Assembly (NCBI GenBank): GCA_051294375.1
Contig: CM119269.1
Location: forward strand, 9,732,782-9,796,781
Direction: 5' to 3'
Source: Paraspadella gotoi
Lineage: Eukaryota > Animalia > Chaetognatha
Length of the DNA: 64,000 nucleotides
In this document: piece by piece, positions 1 to 64,000 of the stretch
How the letters are laid out: every line of letters begins with the position of its first letter
Position numbering within the stretch: the stretch's first letter is position 1
The notes under the pieces: generated by a model
What the model was told of the DNA's origin: nothing
Seen by the model: only the letters and a program-made list of their open reading frames with translations
The model's database searches: none
Program-made: the position numbers and the translations under genes

Positions 1-167
1 CCGCTTTCTCTCGTTTCGGCGTCGTCTCATCTCCCTGCGCCGTTTCGCATAAATCGGCGTCGAAGACAACTACAACAACATCCTTTCTTTCTTTTATCTT
101 TGTACAAACTTTTTCTTTTAACTTATTTTTGTACTTTTCTCCATTTGTATTAAGGCCCTTGTTTTGA
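1..167 (+). CDS. Possible terminal exon of an upstream gene ending in a GPI-signal-like hydrophobic tail
   Basis: The frame from nt 3 reads AFSRFGVVSSPCAVSHKSASKTTTTTSFLSFIFVQTFSLNLFLYFSPFVLRPLF* (TGA 165-167). The start is CpG-rich like exons elsewhere in the window. Other frames cannot be excluded. Confidence 0.2.
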   Translation, partial: AFSRFGVVSSPCAVSHKSASKTTTTTSFLSFIFVQTFSFNLFLYFSPFVLRPLF

Positions 168-633
168 AAAGTTGTAAGATTCCTTGTTTTACCATATTAG
201 ATTAAAACGAATATAAAAGTTTAATATATTTAACATAAATATTTTATTCAATTATTATTAATTTCATGGGGAGAGGGAATTTAGTTTGGTCTTCTGGAAA
301 TAGAAGGAGCATCTATACAACACAAAGTTAAAAATTACTTTCTGCTCTTGTTTTATTTAAGATATTAGCCATCATTGATAGGAAGTCATTTATTGAAAAA
401 TCGAAACACTACTATCTAAAAGTCTGTTTAAATTAATTTTAATTTAAAGTTAATAAAAAAAAAATATAGCCGAAACATGTCCGTTTTTTATATTAATTAC
501 ATTTGTTGTTAGAAACAAAAATAAAAACTTTTCCTTTAAAGTTTCCTTCAAAATTATTCGATGGGAAAAAGAGTAGGTTTGGTCAGGGACATGTATGTAT
601 AATTGCAGAAAAAGAAGATAAGCAAAGAAACAA

Positions 634-2141
634 TCAATAGTCTAACGAATGATAAGAAAAGAGGAAAAAATAATAACTGGGAAGAAAAATAAGAAAAAAT
701 CGATGGAAAAGGAAAAATAGCAACAAAAAAAAGGAGAGAAAAAGAGAGAATAAGAATAAAGAAAGAAAGAAATAAAAGAAAAGAGAAATTTCTGATCTAA
801 TCGCCCCCCCCCCCCCCCCCGAGTCTCGAATATGAAAGTCATCGAGATATTGTGACTTCATCGATTGTCGGTCGGTCGGTCGTTGACTTTGTGGAAGGGG
901 GGAGCGAGGGCTGAGAAGGGGTGAGGAAAGGGGAAGGGGGGATGTGGAAGAAAAGGGAAGCAGAAGATAAAGGCGCGATAGGTGTTCTTGGAAGTAAAGA
1001 GAAAAAGAGGCAGGCACGCGATGAACGGTCATCCGTGGTTATTTACCTTACTTTCTTTTCCCTTTTTTTACTTTCTTTTTCTTTTTTCTTTCTTTTCTTT
1101 TTTTTCAGTTCTTTTTCTTTTCTTCATTTTCTCAAACTTCAACGTTCACCTCATCCACTCTGTATCTCAATGTTCTCACAATCAGCCCACAGTCCGTCCA
1201 CAGTCCATCTACAGTCCGTCTTCAGTCCGTCTTTTTTAAAAACAACAATATATATATGTATAATATTACACTCATGTGCAAAAAAAAACAAAAACGCGCC
1301 ACCTTATAACCTAAAATTCCAGACACTATAAAAATATTTTAAAAAATTATATAAGAAAAAAAAAGTTAAAAAAAATAAATGTGTATAAATTTTATTACAA
1401 TCGGTCAAGTTATTTAAAAGATATAATCTTATAAACTGGGTTGTTCCAAAAATCTTCAGAATCATTAACCTGAAATTATATTTTTTAATAACCATATTAT
1501 TTAGGGATCTGGGGCAATCCAGTTGTCCAGCTATCCTTCCGGATGGCCAGTGTAATTTTTTAAAATTTCTAATCTACTATAATACTACAATACTATAATA
1601 TCAGAAGAAAAAAGATAGCCGATTTTTATAAAATTTATGCCAAACTGTTCATCTTTCAATAAAGTTTAATTTTCTTAAAATTCTTTTTAAAGCTAGGTAG
1701 ATTTTTAAAGTCTGATATAAAGTGACGCGACTGTATATTATATCATATAATATTAAATATTGTTTGGATGAGATAAAAAAAACGAAAATGATCTTGTTAT
1801 TTATTTATTTATCTATGTATTTACTTATGTATTTATTTATTTTTTAGGAATATTATTTTTTGAGTAATAAAGCGTTACACCTTTCGCATCGACTCACACA
1901 AATTGTGCCCAAAACGTTTTCGTATTATTTCTGGCGAAGAAAAGAAGACTTACTTGGCGCCAGCGTCAGCGGCGGTAGCAGCTGCAGACGGTTCGGCGGC
2001 AGCTGCGCGGTCGTTCTCCTTTCTCGATCCCGGCCCAGAGGCGTCTGCTGAGCCGAATGCGGCGTCGGCTGCGGCGCCGAAAAGAATCCAAACGCCGGCG
2101 ACGAAGGCGAAGAAGACGCCGGTTTTTGGCGACGCCCTCAT
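634..2141 (-). CDS. Small secreted, probably GPI-anchored Ala/Ser-rich protein (2 exons, about 146 aa)
   Basis: Exon 2141-1954 runs from ATG through the signal-peptide-like MRASPKTGVFFAFVAGVWILFGAAADA to a GTAAGT donor (phase 2). Exon 886-634 follows a pyrimidine tract plus AAG, is phase-compatible, and reads NQRPTDRQSMKSQYLDDFHIRDSGGGGGAIRSEISLFFYFFLSLFLF... Exon 1 is better supported than exon 2. Confidence 0.45.
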
Positions 2142-2959
2142 CGCCGTAAAAGCGGCGCCGTAGCAACGATAGGACAGCGTCGGAGTAAGAGAATGGCACA
2201 GTTGAAACAATGGCGTAGCGGCCTTTTTTATTTTTATTTTGACGCAGTGAGTGGCGTTGATTTCTGTGAAGTCGCGTTTTGTGATCGTGAAGTGAAGAAT
2301 TTAAATAAGTTTAAACTACTATTGAAAAAAATCAGATCTAACAGTAAAAAACGAGAAGCCATTAAAAATTATACGTATCATATTTAACTCATACATATTA
2401 AAAATGTTGGCCATTAATTAAACTGTCTATATATCAAATTTACATTAGCGGTTAGGGATAAGGATAAGATTGAAAAATAGTCAAGGATTTGGCTTAGGGA
2501 GACTAGTTTAGGAATAAGGTTAGAATTAAAATGGAAGGTTAGTGTTAAGGATTACAGTCAAAGATTTAGCGATAAATTTAATAACAAATTTAAATTAAAT
2601 ATTAAAAATGAATTAGATTCATGGATTAAGTAACATAAATTTGGAGCTTTTGAAAAGAGATTCAATATTTATATAAATGTTAAGGTAATGACTTTTTTAA
2701 AAAACATATAAATTTAAAAGAATGAAGTAAAATATTTTCTGCCACACCACCCTAGAATACTCTATATTCTGGATTAAAACACAGACGACAAAAAAGCGAA
2801 ATGAAAACCGCAAAACAAAATTGTCTTTCTCACGTGAACTTTGTATCATTTTCGATCTCAAGAGCGAGATGGAGACAAAGAGAGAGAGAGAGAGAGAGAG
2901 ATCACGTTGTCACGGAATCCAAAGACTGCACTTCGTCAGCAATTAGAGTGAGAGCGAGA

Positions 2960-2989
2960 GGCGACGTAATCCAATCAGTATTATAAGTT

Positions 2990-3033
<44 letters not shown>

Positions 3034-3252
3034 GCGTCGGAAATCGCTTCACCTAATTTCGTCGGTCTCGATTCCCGCGATGGTCGTCGCCATTTTGGTT
3101 CGCGAACTCGAAAATATAGAGATAGAGTCGGAGTGAGATAGAGATGGAGAGAGAGAGAAAAGGAGACGGAGAGACTTTTTCTGGTCGATTTTCGCGTCCG
3201 CGAAGTCGCGAGCGTCGTCGTCGTCATCGTCGTCGTCAATGACGTAGTAAGT
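2960..3252. promoter_or_regulatory. Promoter-like CpG/GAGA-rich island
   Basis: CCAAT near 2971, long (GA)n tracts, YY1-type CGCCATTTTG at 3088-3097, and a GTAAGT donor-like site at 3247 (+). It lies about 0.8 kb upstream of the minus-strand gene at 2141. Confidence 0.25.
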
Positions 3253-3440
3253 CTTGGATTCTATGGCAACGCTCTCTCTCTCTCTCTCACTCTCTCTAGA
3301 TATTAATAGAAAAGATGTATCGAATTGAAGGATGGATTGTTACGGTTTCCTCTCCCGACGAAAAAGGAAAGGGAGGAACGGATGAATTAATCAAGACACA
3401 ATGAACACCCGTTTCGTGGAGGTGAATTTCGGTTCCGGCG

Positions 3441-3471
<31 letters not shown>

Positions 3472-5016
3472 CGAAAGTTGATGGAATTTCTTAGCGATTA
3501 ACGGCGAAGTTTTTTTTTTTACGCAATCAAACCGAATTCCTTAATTAACCAATCGATCAAACATGAACTGACGTTACTTAAATTCGTCAACGAAAGATTA
3601 TTCATTTTCTTATCCGATCTTCTGTCCTCGAGCAGAAGGAACGGAACGGAAAAAACGTCATAGATTCAACACCAAACGAAAGAAGTGAAAGGGACGATTG
3701 ATAGCGGGGAACGACGACGAATGACGGCGAACGAGCGCAAACAATAGGGGCGAATTAAAAACTCGATCAGTTTCATTTTGTGAAGGGGACGAGGGCAAAA
3801 AAAAAACCGGGGTTTGATACCGACGGTTGGCTGGAATTATTGTTAAACATAACTATCATAAGATTGTTTTTACAGTTCCAGCTTTTCTGTCATTTTTCAC
3901 AGCGACTTTTGAAATTTTACTGTCTTTTTGAAGCTACATCTATGTCCTTTTTTTCACTCTTTCTCCTTTTGTCAATCACGTCAAGGTCTACTTAAGACTT
4001 TCACATTTAACTTTCGCAGTCTCTCATTTCTTGTTATTCGTCCCATTTAACAAGATTCCTGGTCGGGAGGGAGATAAACTATCACTCATTTTCGATATAT
4101 TGCTAGTGAAGAACGCTGATGAAGACTAAATAAGAGTCGAAATGTCCGACTAAATTGTCATTAAAATTCGTTGTTTGACATAAAAAAACTACTTTTCCTA
4201 AAATATTTAATTGTAAAAAGCATGACAATGACGACAACGGCGAAGTTCTTACGAAGCAAAAGTAAATAAAAACCTCGCCCAAGGCGTCTCTAGGCTCGTC
4301 AGGCGAGATAAAAATCATCACGATAGGTTATTTTATTATGATGCTGTGTCGTCCACAATGCGATGCTTTTTTATTCACTAAATCGAATGACTATCGCGCT
4401 ACAAAATAAGAATCATGTTCTCCGAGCTAAATGCAAATTTTGTAAGGTTTACTGTTTATTTGTTCTACATTTTAGAGTGTGAATTCTCTAAGGTCAGCAA
4501 TATCATCAATTTTAAACTTTTTCAAAAGTAAGTCAGGTCCTTATGTCCAATTGACAATTCTCTCTTTTTTAAAAATGTCTTATCAACCTTGTTGTTATAG
4601 ACAGCTGGAGCTTAGTCTTTTTAGAACTATCTATCCGTATCCTCTATCCAATATCTACATTCTACAACGTCCGAAAGAAAGATTTAACCGCCAACTTCTT
4701 CAATCGGTTTATAATTTTTATCTAAAAAAGAAAAATCAACAAAGAAAGAAAACAATCGAACAAAGAATCTAAAAATATCAATTCAAATAATCCATCTTTG
4801 AGCACAATTGAAAAATTCATGAAAAAAAACCCGAAAATAATCAATGACAAAGCCCGAAGACAATTAATGATATCGGATTTCATCAGTAAAGTTCTCTGAA
4901 GAGTGGATTCTCAATGGCAGTCGCACCCTCCGCCGTCGAAACGTCAGTTTCCTAACGAAGTTAATTATTTAATTCTTAATTAAACAAAGCATCAATAAAA
5001 GATTATTTATGAGAGT

Positions 5017-58394
<53,378 letters not shown>

Positions 58395-58460
58395 CTGTCG
58401 GGCAAAGGCGGGTGAGGGGGGGGGTCATTTAAAGGGTCGACGAAACGAGACAGACTTTCA

Positions 58461-58588
58461 AAGGAAAGTTTAAAGGAAAGTTAAAAGGAAAGTTTAAAAG
58501 GAAAGTTAAAAGGAAAGTTAAAAGTAAAGTTTAAAAGGAAAGTTAAAAGGAAAGTTTAAAAGGAAAGTTTAAAAGGAAAGTTTAAAAA
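58461..58588. repeat. 13-14-bp tandem repeat (aaaaggaaagttt)
   Basis: About 9-10 copies are visible. Confidence 0.9.
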
Positions 58589-58936
58589 TGGAACGAAAGT
58601 TAGGAATGAGGCAAAGCGAAAGAGAGTTAAATATATAATTTATATATACTATATATAAATATATAGTTTTATTCATGTTTTTTTTACTTTTAAATATTGT
58701 GTTCTGTCTTATATAAAAACCAATATAAAAAATTATCCATTCATTGAATGGCCCCTTATATTATTTTAGAATTATTTTCATTCAAAACATTTTGTTCTGT
58801 CGTTGACTTATAATCATCTTGTCACTTTTTTAAAACGCCTAAATTTCACGAGATCATTTTCATAGATTAGTTTTTTATCTTAACCTTAAAAGTTATTTTT
58901 AAATTTTTACAATTCTTTCTAACAAAAAGTAATGTA

Positions 58937-61900
58937 ATGGGTAACATAGTAGTGAAAGACCGTCAATCCTTGTTGGAGCCAATGCCTATCGAAGTGTCAC
59001 AAATACGAGATTTATCAGGGACCCGTGACACGGATGACGTCACCGTTTGCCTGGACGGCCACGCCCATGTGACGTTCTTCCTAAAAATCACCCGAAAATC
59101 TAAAAACTCTCCTCGGCAAGCTTCGGGTAATCTTTGCAAGCAGGATTTTTCATTTTATCGAACTCCAACTTTCTTACTGAAACTTTCAAAAACTCTATAT
59201 TCACCGATTGATTAATTTAACTCTTTTGTCCTTAGTTGATTGTCTTAAAATTTTCAAATTTTAAGATATTTTATATATATATGAAGCCTCCGGAATGAAA
59301 ACTAAATCGTTCGGCCTTAGTATTTTAAATACTTTCAAATACTTTAATTCGAACTTTACCTAAATAACAAAAACACATTTTTCACTTTTTCGAGATGCTC
59401 TCGTTAAGGTCCGATCAGTATTTTCACTATTATTAGAATTTAGAAATGTTTCGAGGTGCCCTCGTTAAGGTTCGATCGATTTTTGCCTCTGTATAACTAT
59501 TGTATTTTTCTCTCTCTCTGCCAGAGACTCTGGTTCTCTTGCTTATTTCTCATGCGAAATAAATTCTTTGAAAGAAGATTCCTGCTTTTCGATGAATATA
59601 TATATTTCAAAATTTTTTTCAGGTTACGAAAACCATATTGAAGTTTTCTGTCGGGATTTCATAAACGATCATTGTGACTACAATGAAATTTTTACCAAAA
59701 TTAAAATAACTTTATCGAAGAACTCTGACGTTAAAAACGGTAAAAAGACGAAATTGGTGATAAAATATTTCAGTAAACTTTAATTAGTGATACTTAGATT
59801 TGTACTGGGTGCTTTTTTAAAAAATGTATCAACATGCCTATCAAAATAACTTTAATAAGATTTAAGTTGTTATTGTCATTTGCTGTGTATGAGCTGTGCA
59901 ATGCTACACTATGTTATACCGCGTTTGCGCTGCGCAGTGCTGTGCCATGCGATGCTTTGTTGTCCACTTGGTGTCCAGTTCTCTTCCACGCTGCGCTGTT
60001 CCGCCATACGCTGTCGCTGTGAAGTGCAGTGCTCAGAAATAGTCAAATAGATTTCTCGTCTTTCAGAAATCGTGTATCAAAGCCGAAGTACGGGTTCGTA
60101 CGTACGTCTGTCCGCTCAAAACCCCAGCTACAGATTCGACAATTTTCCCAACAAACGCGCGCGACTGGCCATCTCAAAGATCACGCTCGATAGCTTGGTC
60201 CTTCTGTGCGAATTAGAACCGGCAACATCTACGATGCGTGGTGAAACCTCCAAGCTACTTGACGAGGCTATTCTGGCCGACGCGATGCTTGTATCGGGTA
60301 TCGATGGGTCGAAGCATCGATGCCACAAGAACTTCCTCGCTGCCAACTCCCCAGTCTTTAAGGTTAGCGAGAGTTTGAGATTCAGTAATACGTTAATCAT
60401 AATATATAATCTAGGGGAATGGATGGATGGATGGACAAACGGACGCACGGATGGACAGATGATTAACATTTCTTTAGCATATTTTTTTTTAAATTAGTGC
60501 TACCATAAAAAAAAATATCCATTTATTTAATAAATAAGCTATCTTGCCACTGACTATGGACAGTAAAGCGTAGGAAAAAATATTAAAATAAAGTAGAATC
60601 AAAATTCGAATAGTGGATCATGAGCATTTTGTAATAAAAAAAATATGTATTTTTCAATTTTCGCATTAGCCCATATTTATACATAGTACTCACCATAGAA
60701 AATGTTAAAATTTTAAAATGGTTTTTTCTTATTTTTGAAAGCAGATTCGAATGCCTCACGAAAAGTTTTTTAATTTTTAGCTAACTTGATGAAAGAATTT
60801 TTGATTAAAACTTATATTTTCTTTTATCGACTTTTTATGAGGAATTCGAATCTGCTTTAAAAACTAAAAAAACTAATTTAAAATTTTGACATTTTCTATT
60901 GTACATGGGCGTATGCGAAAATTGAGAAATTTTGAAATAAAATTTTATATATCAATGTTCTTTAGTACAAGACTGTTCAAGAACAACCATTCGAATTTTG
61001 ATCTGCAACTTTCACTACGCCTTACTGGACACGGACAGGCTTTGGTGGTTTTAGTCCTCCATCACTCTTACAAGATAATGACATAGGCCCCTTCAAGCTT
61101 TCAATCCAGACTCTGTCAGAGTCGAGTTAATTCACTCCTGGCTTCCCTATTAATGAATTGATATAATATTTCAAATAATGTTTCAATTTTATGAAAAGAC
61201 CACACCCTTACACGTTAAATGTTCGCCTAAGAGATTTACTGACAAAATATCAAGAAGTAAATTATTGAAGGGTGCGACTGTCGTAACCCGACGCGATTTA
61301 AAAGTTGGATTTTATTTCAGGATTTGTTTGAACATGACGCCGAAGAGAAGTTCGTCATGGACGATCTTAATGGCAAGAAAAAAATAATACTCTTTTTAAT
61401 TCGTATATCAGATCTTTTTATCTTATCTTTATTCAAAATTAAAATAAATTTAATTAAAACAATACTCTAATTAAAGGAACAACAATCCGCGCTATGCTCG
61501 AATTCGTCTACAAACGCTCCGTCCGCGACATCGACGCAATCGGCAAGGAACTCTTGCAAGCAGCCAACAAATACCAGATGCACCATCTGGCCAATTTCTG
61601 TCGCGACGCGTTGCTGGCGAGAATCGACGCTTTTAATTTGGGAAGGATCGTCGACGTGGCTTATTCCTTGGACGTCGTGGAATTGAAGGAGGCCTGCTTG
61701 GATTTTTTTTACGAGTATTATTACCTGACGAATAAACTAATCGACGCTGAGATAAGTCTATAAACCAATCAATCTATCGATCGATCAACCAATCAGATAA
61801 ACGATCTGACAAATAAGTAATCGATGAGCCAATTTAAAGAAAGTTAATCAGATAATAATTATTTAATTCTTCAGAAACAAAGAAGATATGCTGGACTCTG

Positions 61901-62055
61901 AGACTTGGAAAGATTTGGAAAAGACGCAGCCTCGATTTGGATTCGATTCTTTGTCTCGAATTTTGCGGAAGGGAAAGAAGGAAAAACCCAAAGAGGACAT
62001 CGAGGACGACGACAATGACGACGATATTTACTATGTCGACGATTCTGACGATTAA
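58937..62055 (+). CDS. SPOP/TDPOZ-like BTB-BACK protein with divergent MATH-like N-terminus (Cullin-3 adaptor)
   Basis: Exons 58937-59126, 59623-59739, 60067-60362, 61321-61372 (GC donor), 61477-61714 and 61875-62055. BTB motifs include ADAMLVSGIDGSKHRCHKNFLAANSPVFK, IRAMLEFVY and ELLQAANKYQMHHLANFC. The BACK region reads ELKEACLDFF..N......ETWKDL...P, followed by an acidic tail. The first two exons are less certain. Confidence 0.85.
60546..61040. mobile_element. Palindromic MITE (about 500 bp) in a SPOP-like intron
   Basis: Inverted matches atcaaaattcgaat / attcgaattttgat, aaagcagattcgaat / attcgaatctgcttt, and atagaaaatgttaaaatttt / aaaattttgacattttctat. Confidence 0.75.
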
Positions 62056-62716
62056 GATTTGTGATTGCCAAGAATTGATTCTATTGATTGACGGATTAAG
62101 ATTTGTGATTGCCAAGAATTGATTCTTGATTGACGATTAAGATTTGTGATTGCCAAGAATTGATTCTTTGATTGACGATTAAGTTTGTGATTGCCAAGAA
62201 TTGATTCTTTGATTGACGATTAAGATTTGTGATTGTCAAGAATTGATTCTTTGATTGACGATTAAGATTTGTGATTGTCAAGAATTGATTCTTTGATTGA
62301 CGATTAAGATTTGTGATTGCCAAGAATTGATTCCTTGATTGACGATTAAGATTTGTGATTGCCAAGAATTGATTCTTTGATTGACGATTAAGATTTGTGA
62401 TTGCCAAGAATTGATTCTTTGATTGACGATTAAGATTTGTGATTGCCAAGAATTGATTCTTTGATTGACGATTAAGATTTGTGATTGCCAAGATTTGATT
62501 CTTTGATTGACGATTAAGATTTGTGATTGCCAAAGATTGATTCTTTGATTGACGATTAAGATTTGTGATTGCCAAAATTGATTCTTTGATGACGATTAGA
62601 TTTGTGATTGCCAAGAATTGATTCTTTGATTGACGATTAAGATTTGTGATTGCCAAGAATTGATCTTTGATTGACGATTAAGATTTGTGATTGCCAAGAT
62701 TTGATTCTTTGATTGA
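62046..62716. repeat. 42-bp tandem repeat, about 16 copies (tgacgattaagatttgtgattgccaagaattgattctttgat)
   Basis: Directly visible. The first copy overlaps the last codons and stop of the SPOP-like gene. Confidence 0.97.
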
Positions 62717-62747
62717 AAATTACCCAAGAGCAGATGTGAATATTTTT

Positions 62748-64000
62748 CTATCGAGAGATTACATGGGGTTGTTTTTCGCTTTTATTTTTATAATGAATAC
62801 TAAAGTAGATACAATGTCGTAATACAGCAAATACGGTAAATAACGTCAGCAATCAATAATATCAATTGGTTCTGATCGCATTATTTCTATCCTTTTTCCT
62901 TGTATTCCTCCTCTCTTCCTTCTTTCCTCTTCCTTCCCTTCCTCTTCTCTTTTTCTTTCATTTTTCCATTCCTCTTTCTCCTATTCCTCGTTTTTATTTT
63001 CTTCTATCCTTCTATTCTCTTCCTTCTCTTCCTCTTCTCTATTTTCTTCCACCCTCCTTTTCTCTTTCTTCTCTTCTTCTTCTTATCTATTTTCTTCAAT
63101 CCTCCTTTCCTCTTCCTTACTTTCCTCTTCTTTTTTCCTTTCTTTCCACTTTTCCTCCTCCTTTTCTTTCTCCCCTCTTTTTATTCCTTCCTCCTTTTCT
63201 CCACATTCTATTCCTCTCCTTTTTTCCCTTCCTTACTCCTTTCCTTTTCCTTCTCTTCCTCTTCTCTAATTTCCTTTTCTTCCTCCCTTTCTTTCTTTTC
63301 CTTCTCTTCCTCTTTTCTTTTCTCCTTATCCTCTCCTCCATACTTCGCCCCGACTCTAAAATTTCGCCTCCAAATTTCCGCCAATCGATGTCGAAATTTC
63401 GCCGCCAAAGCGACGCCGCCGATCAGCGCTGCAGAGGCCGACAGCGCCGCTGCGGTATCTCCGCTGGATCCTGCGCCGCGGGACGACGGCTGCGGTGCGG
63501 CTACATTTGGAGATGAAGCAGCCGCCGCTGCCGACGCTGCCGACGCTGCCGCCGCCCCTGACGCTGAAATTTCTGATTCGGATGTCGAGTTCAATGCAGG
63601 CGTCGAATTGTCTTTGCCTCTTGGTTTTGCGTTAAGGTCCTTCAACGTTGTGTTTGCTTCTAAAGTTTTGTCTATTTCTTGTTCTGTTTTGGTCGGAGAA
63701 ATAGTTGCCATTCCCGTCGTTGCCATTTCCGGCGACGATGCCACTTTCTGCGCCGCTACCATTCCCATCGAAGCCATATCTGGCGACGTTACCACTTCCT
63801 CCGGCGTTGTTGCCACTTTCCTCTTCGTCTCAACTATCGTCGTTGCCTTTTCTTCCGTCATTGTCGCTCTCGTCGTCGTTGCCACTTCCACCGAGGTTGC
63901 CACTCCATCCTTCCCTTCTTCCTCTCTGGCCACATCAACGATTATTTCCCCGAAATTCGGCGTCACTCCGAGCATCGCGTAGTCTTGGTGGTCGACGTCG
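62748..64000 (-). CDS. 3' part of a mucin-like (Thr/Ser/Ala-rich) single-pass membrane protein
   Basis: The frame is open from the window edge to 63344 (donor GTATGG, phase 2). It encodes a T/S/E-rich stalk, hydrophobic AAALSASAALIGGVALAA and basic KFRHRLAEIWRR. A candidate last exon is 62799-62748 (NIHYKNKSEKQPHVISR*). Confidence 0.65.

Noticed and set aside
59388-59470. Two short repeats resembling hammerhead halves (ttaacgag..ctcgaaa)
   Set aside because: The CUGANGA core is absent; at most a decayed relic.
59870-60040. Possible missing host exon on the minus strand
   Set aside because: It reads as a degenerate (TGCTG)-type microsatellite with no MAM motifs.
62096-62656. 186-aa repeat ORF (AITNLNRQSKNQFL)n, and possible CRISPR
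   Set aside because: It is the translation of a head-to-tail 42-bp minisatellite with no spacers.

Overview
Eukaryotic (invertebrate-type) genomic DNA with AT-rich introns, CpG-rich exons, many (AG)n tracts and two 10-N gaps. All gene models were spliced by hand using reading-frame and GT/GC-AG logic; no databases were used. A giant minus-strand MAM/LDL-receptor class A receptor gene (MALRD1/endotubin-like) spans most of the window (5017..58394+). It has about 78 exons encoding at least 18 MAM and 15 LDLa modules, an EGF domain, a TM helix and a Tyr-motif tail; its 5' end appears to lie outside the window. One of its MAM domains carries a complete C-type lectin domain (EPN/WND) inserted on two phase-1 exons. 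Antisense genes lie in its large introns: a BC-box/beta-propeller-like gene, nanos, a helical protein of unknown function, and probably a SPOP-like BTB gene. A mucin-like TM gene lies at the right edge and a small GPI-anchor-like gene at the left. Mobile DNA includes a complete TRIM whose LTRs contain a tRNA-like Pol III cassette, an LTR followed by a 39-nt copy of mature tRNA-Leu, a solo LTR with TSD, a minimal hammerhead ribozyme, a 1.6-kb foldback, MITEs and Helentron-like elements. Sequence from about 49.9 to 54.7 kb shows indel noise.
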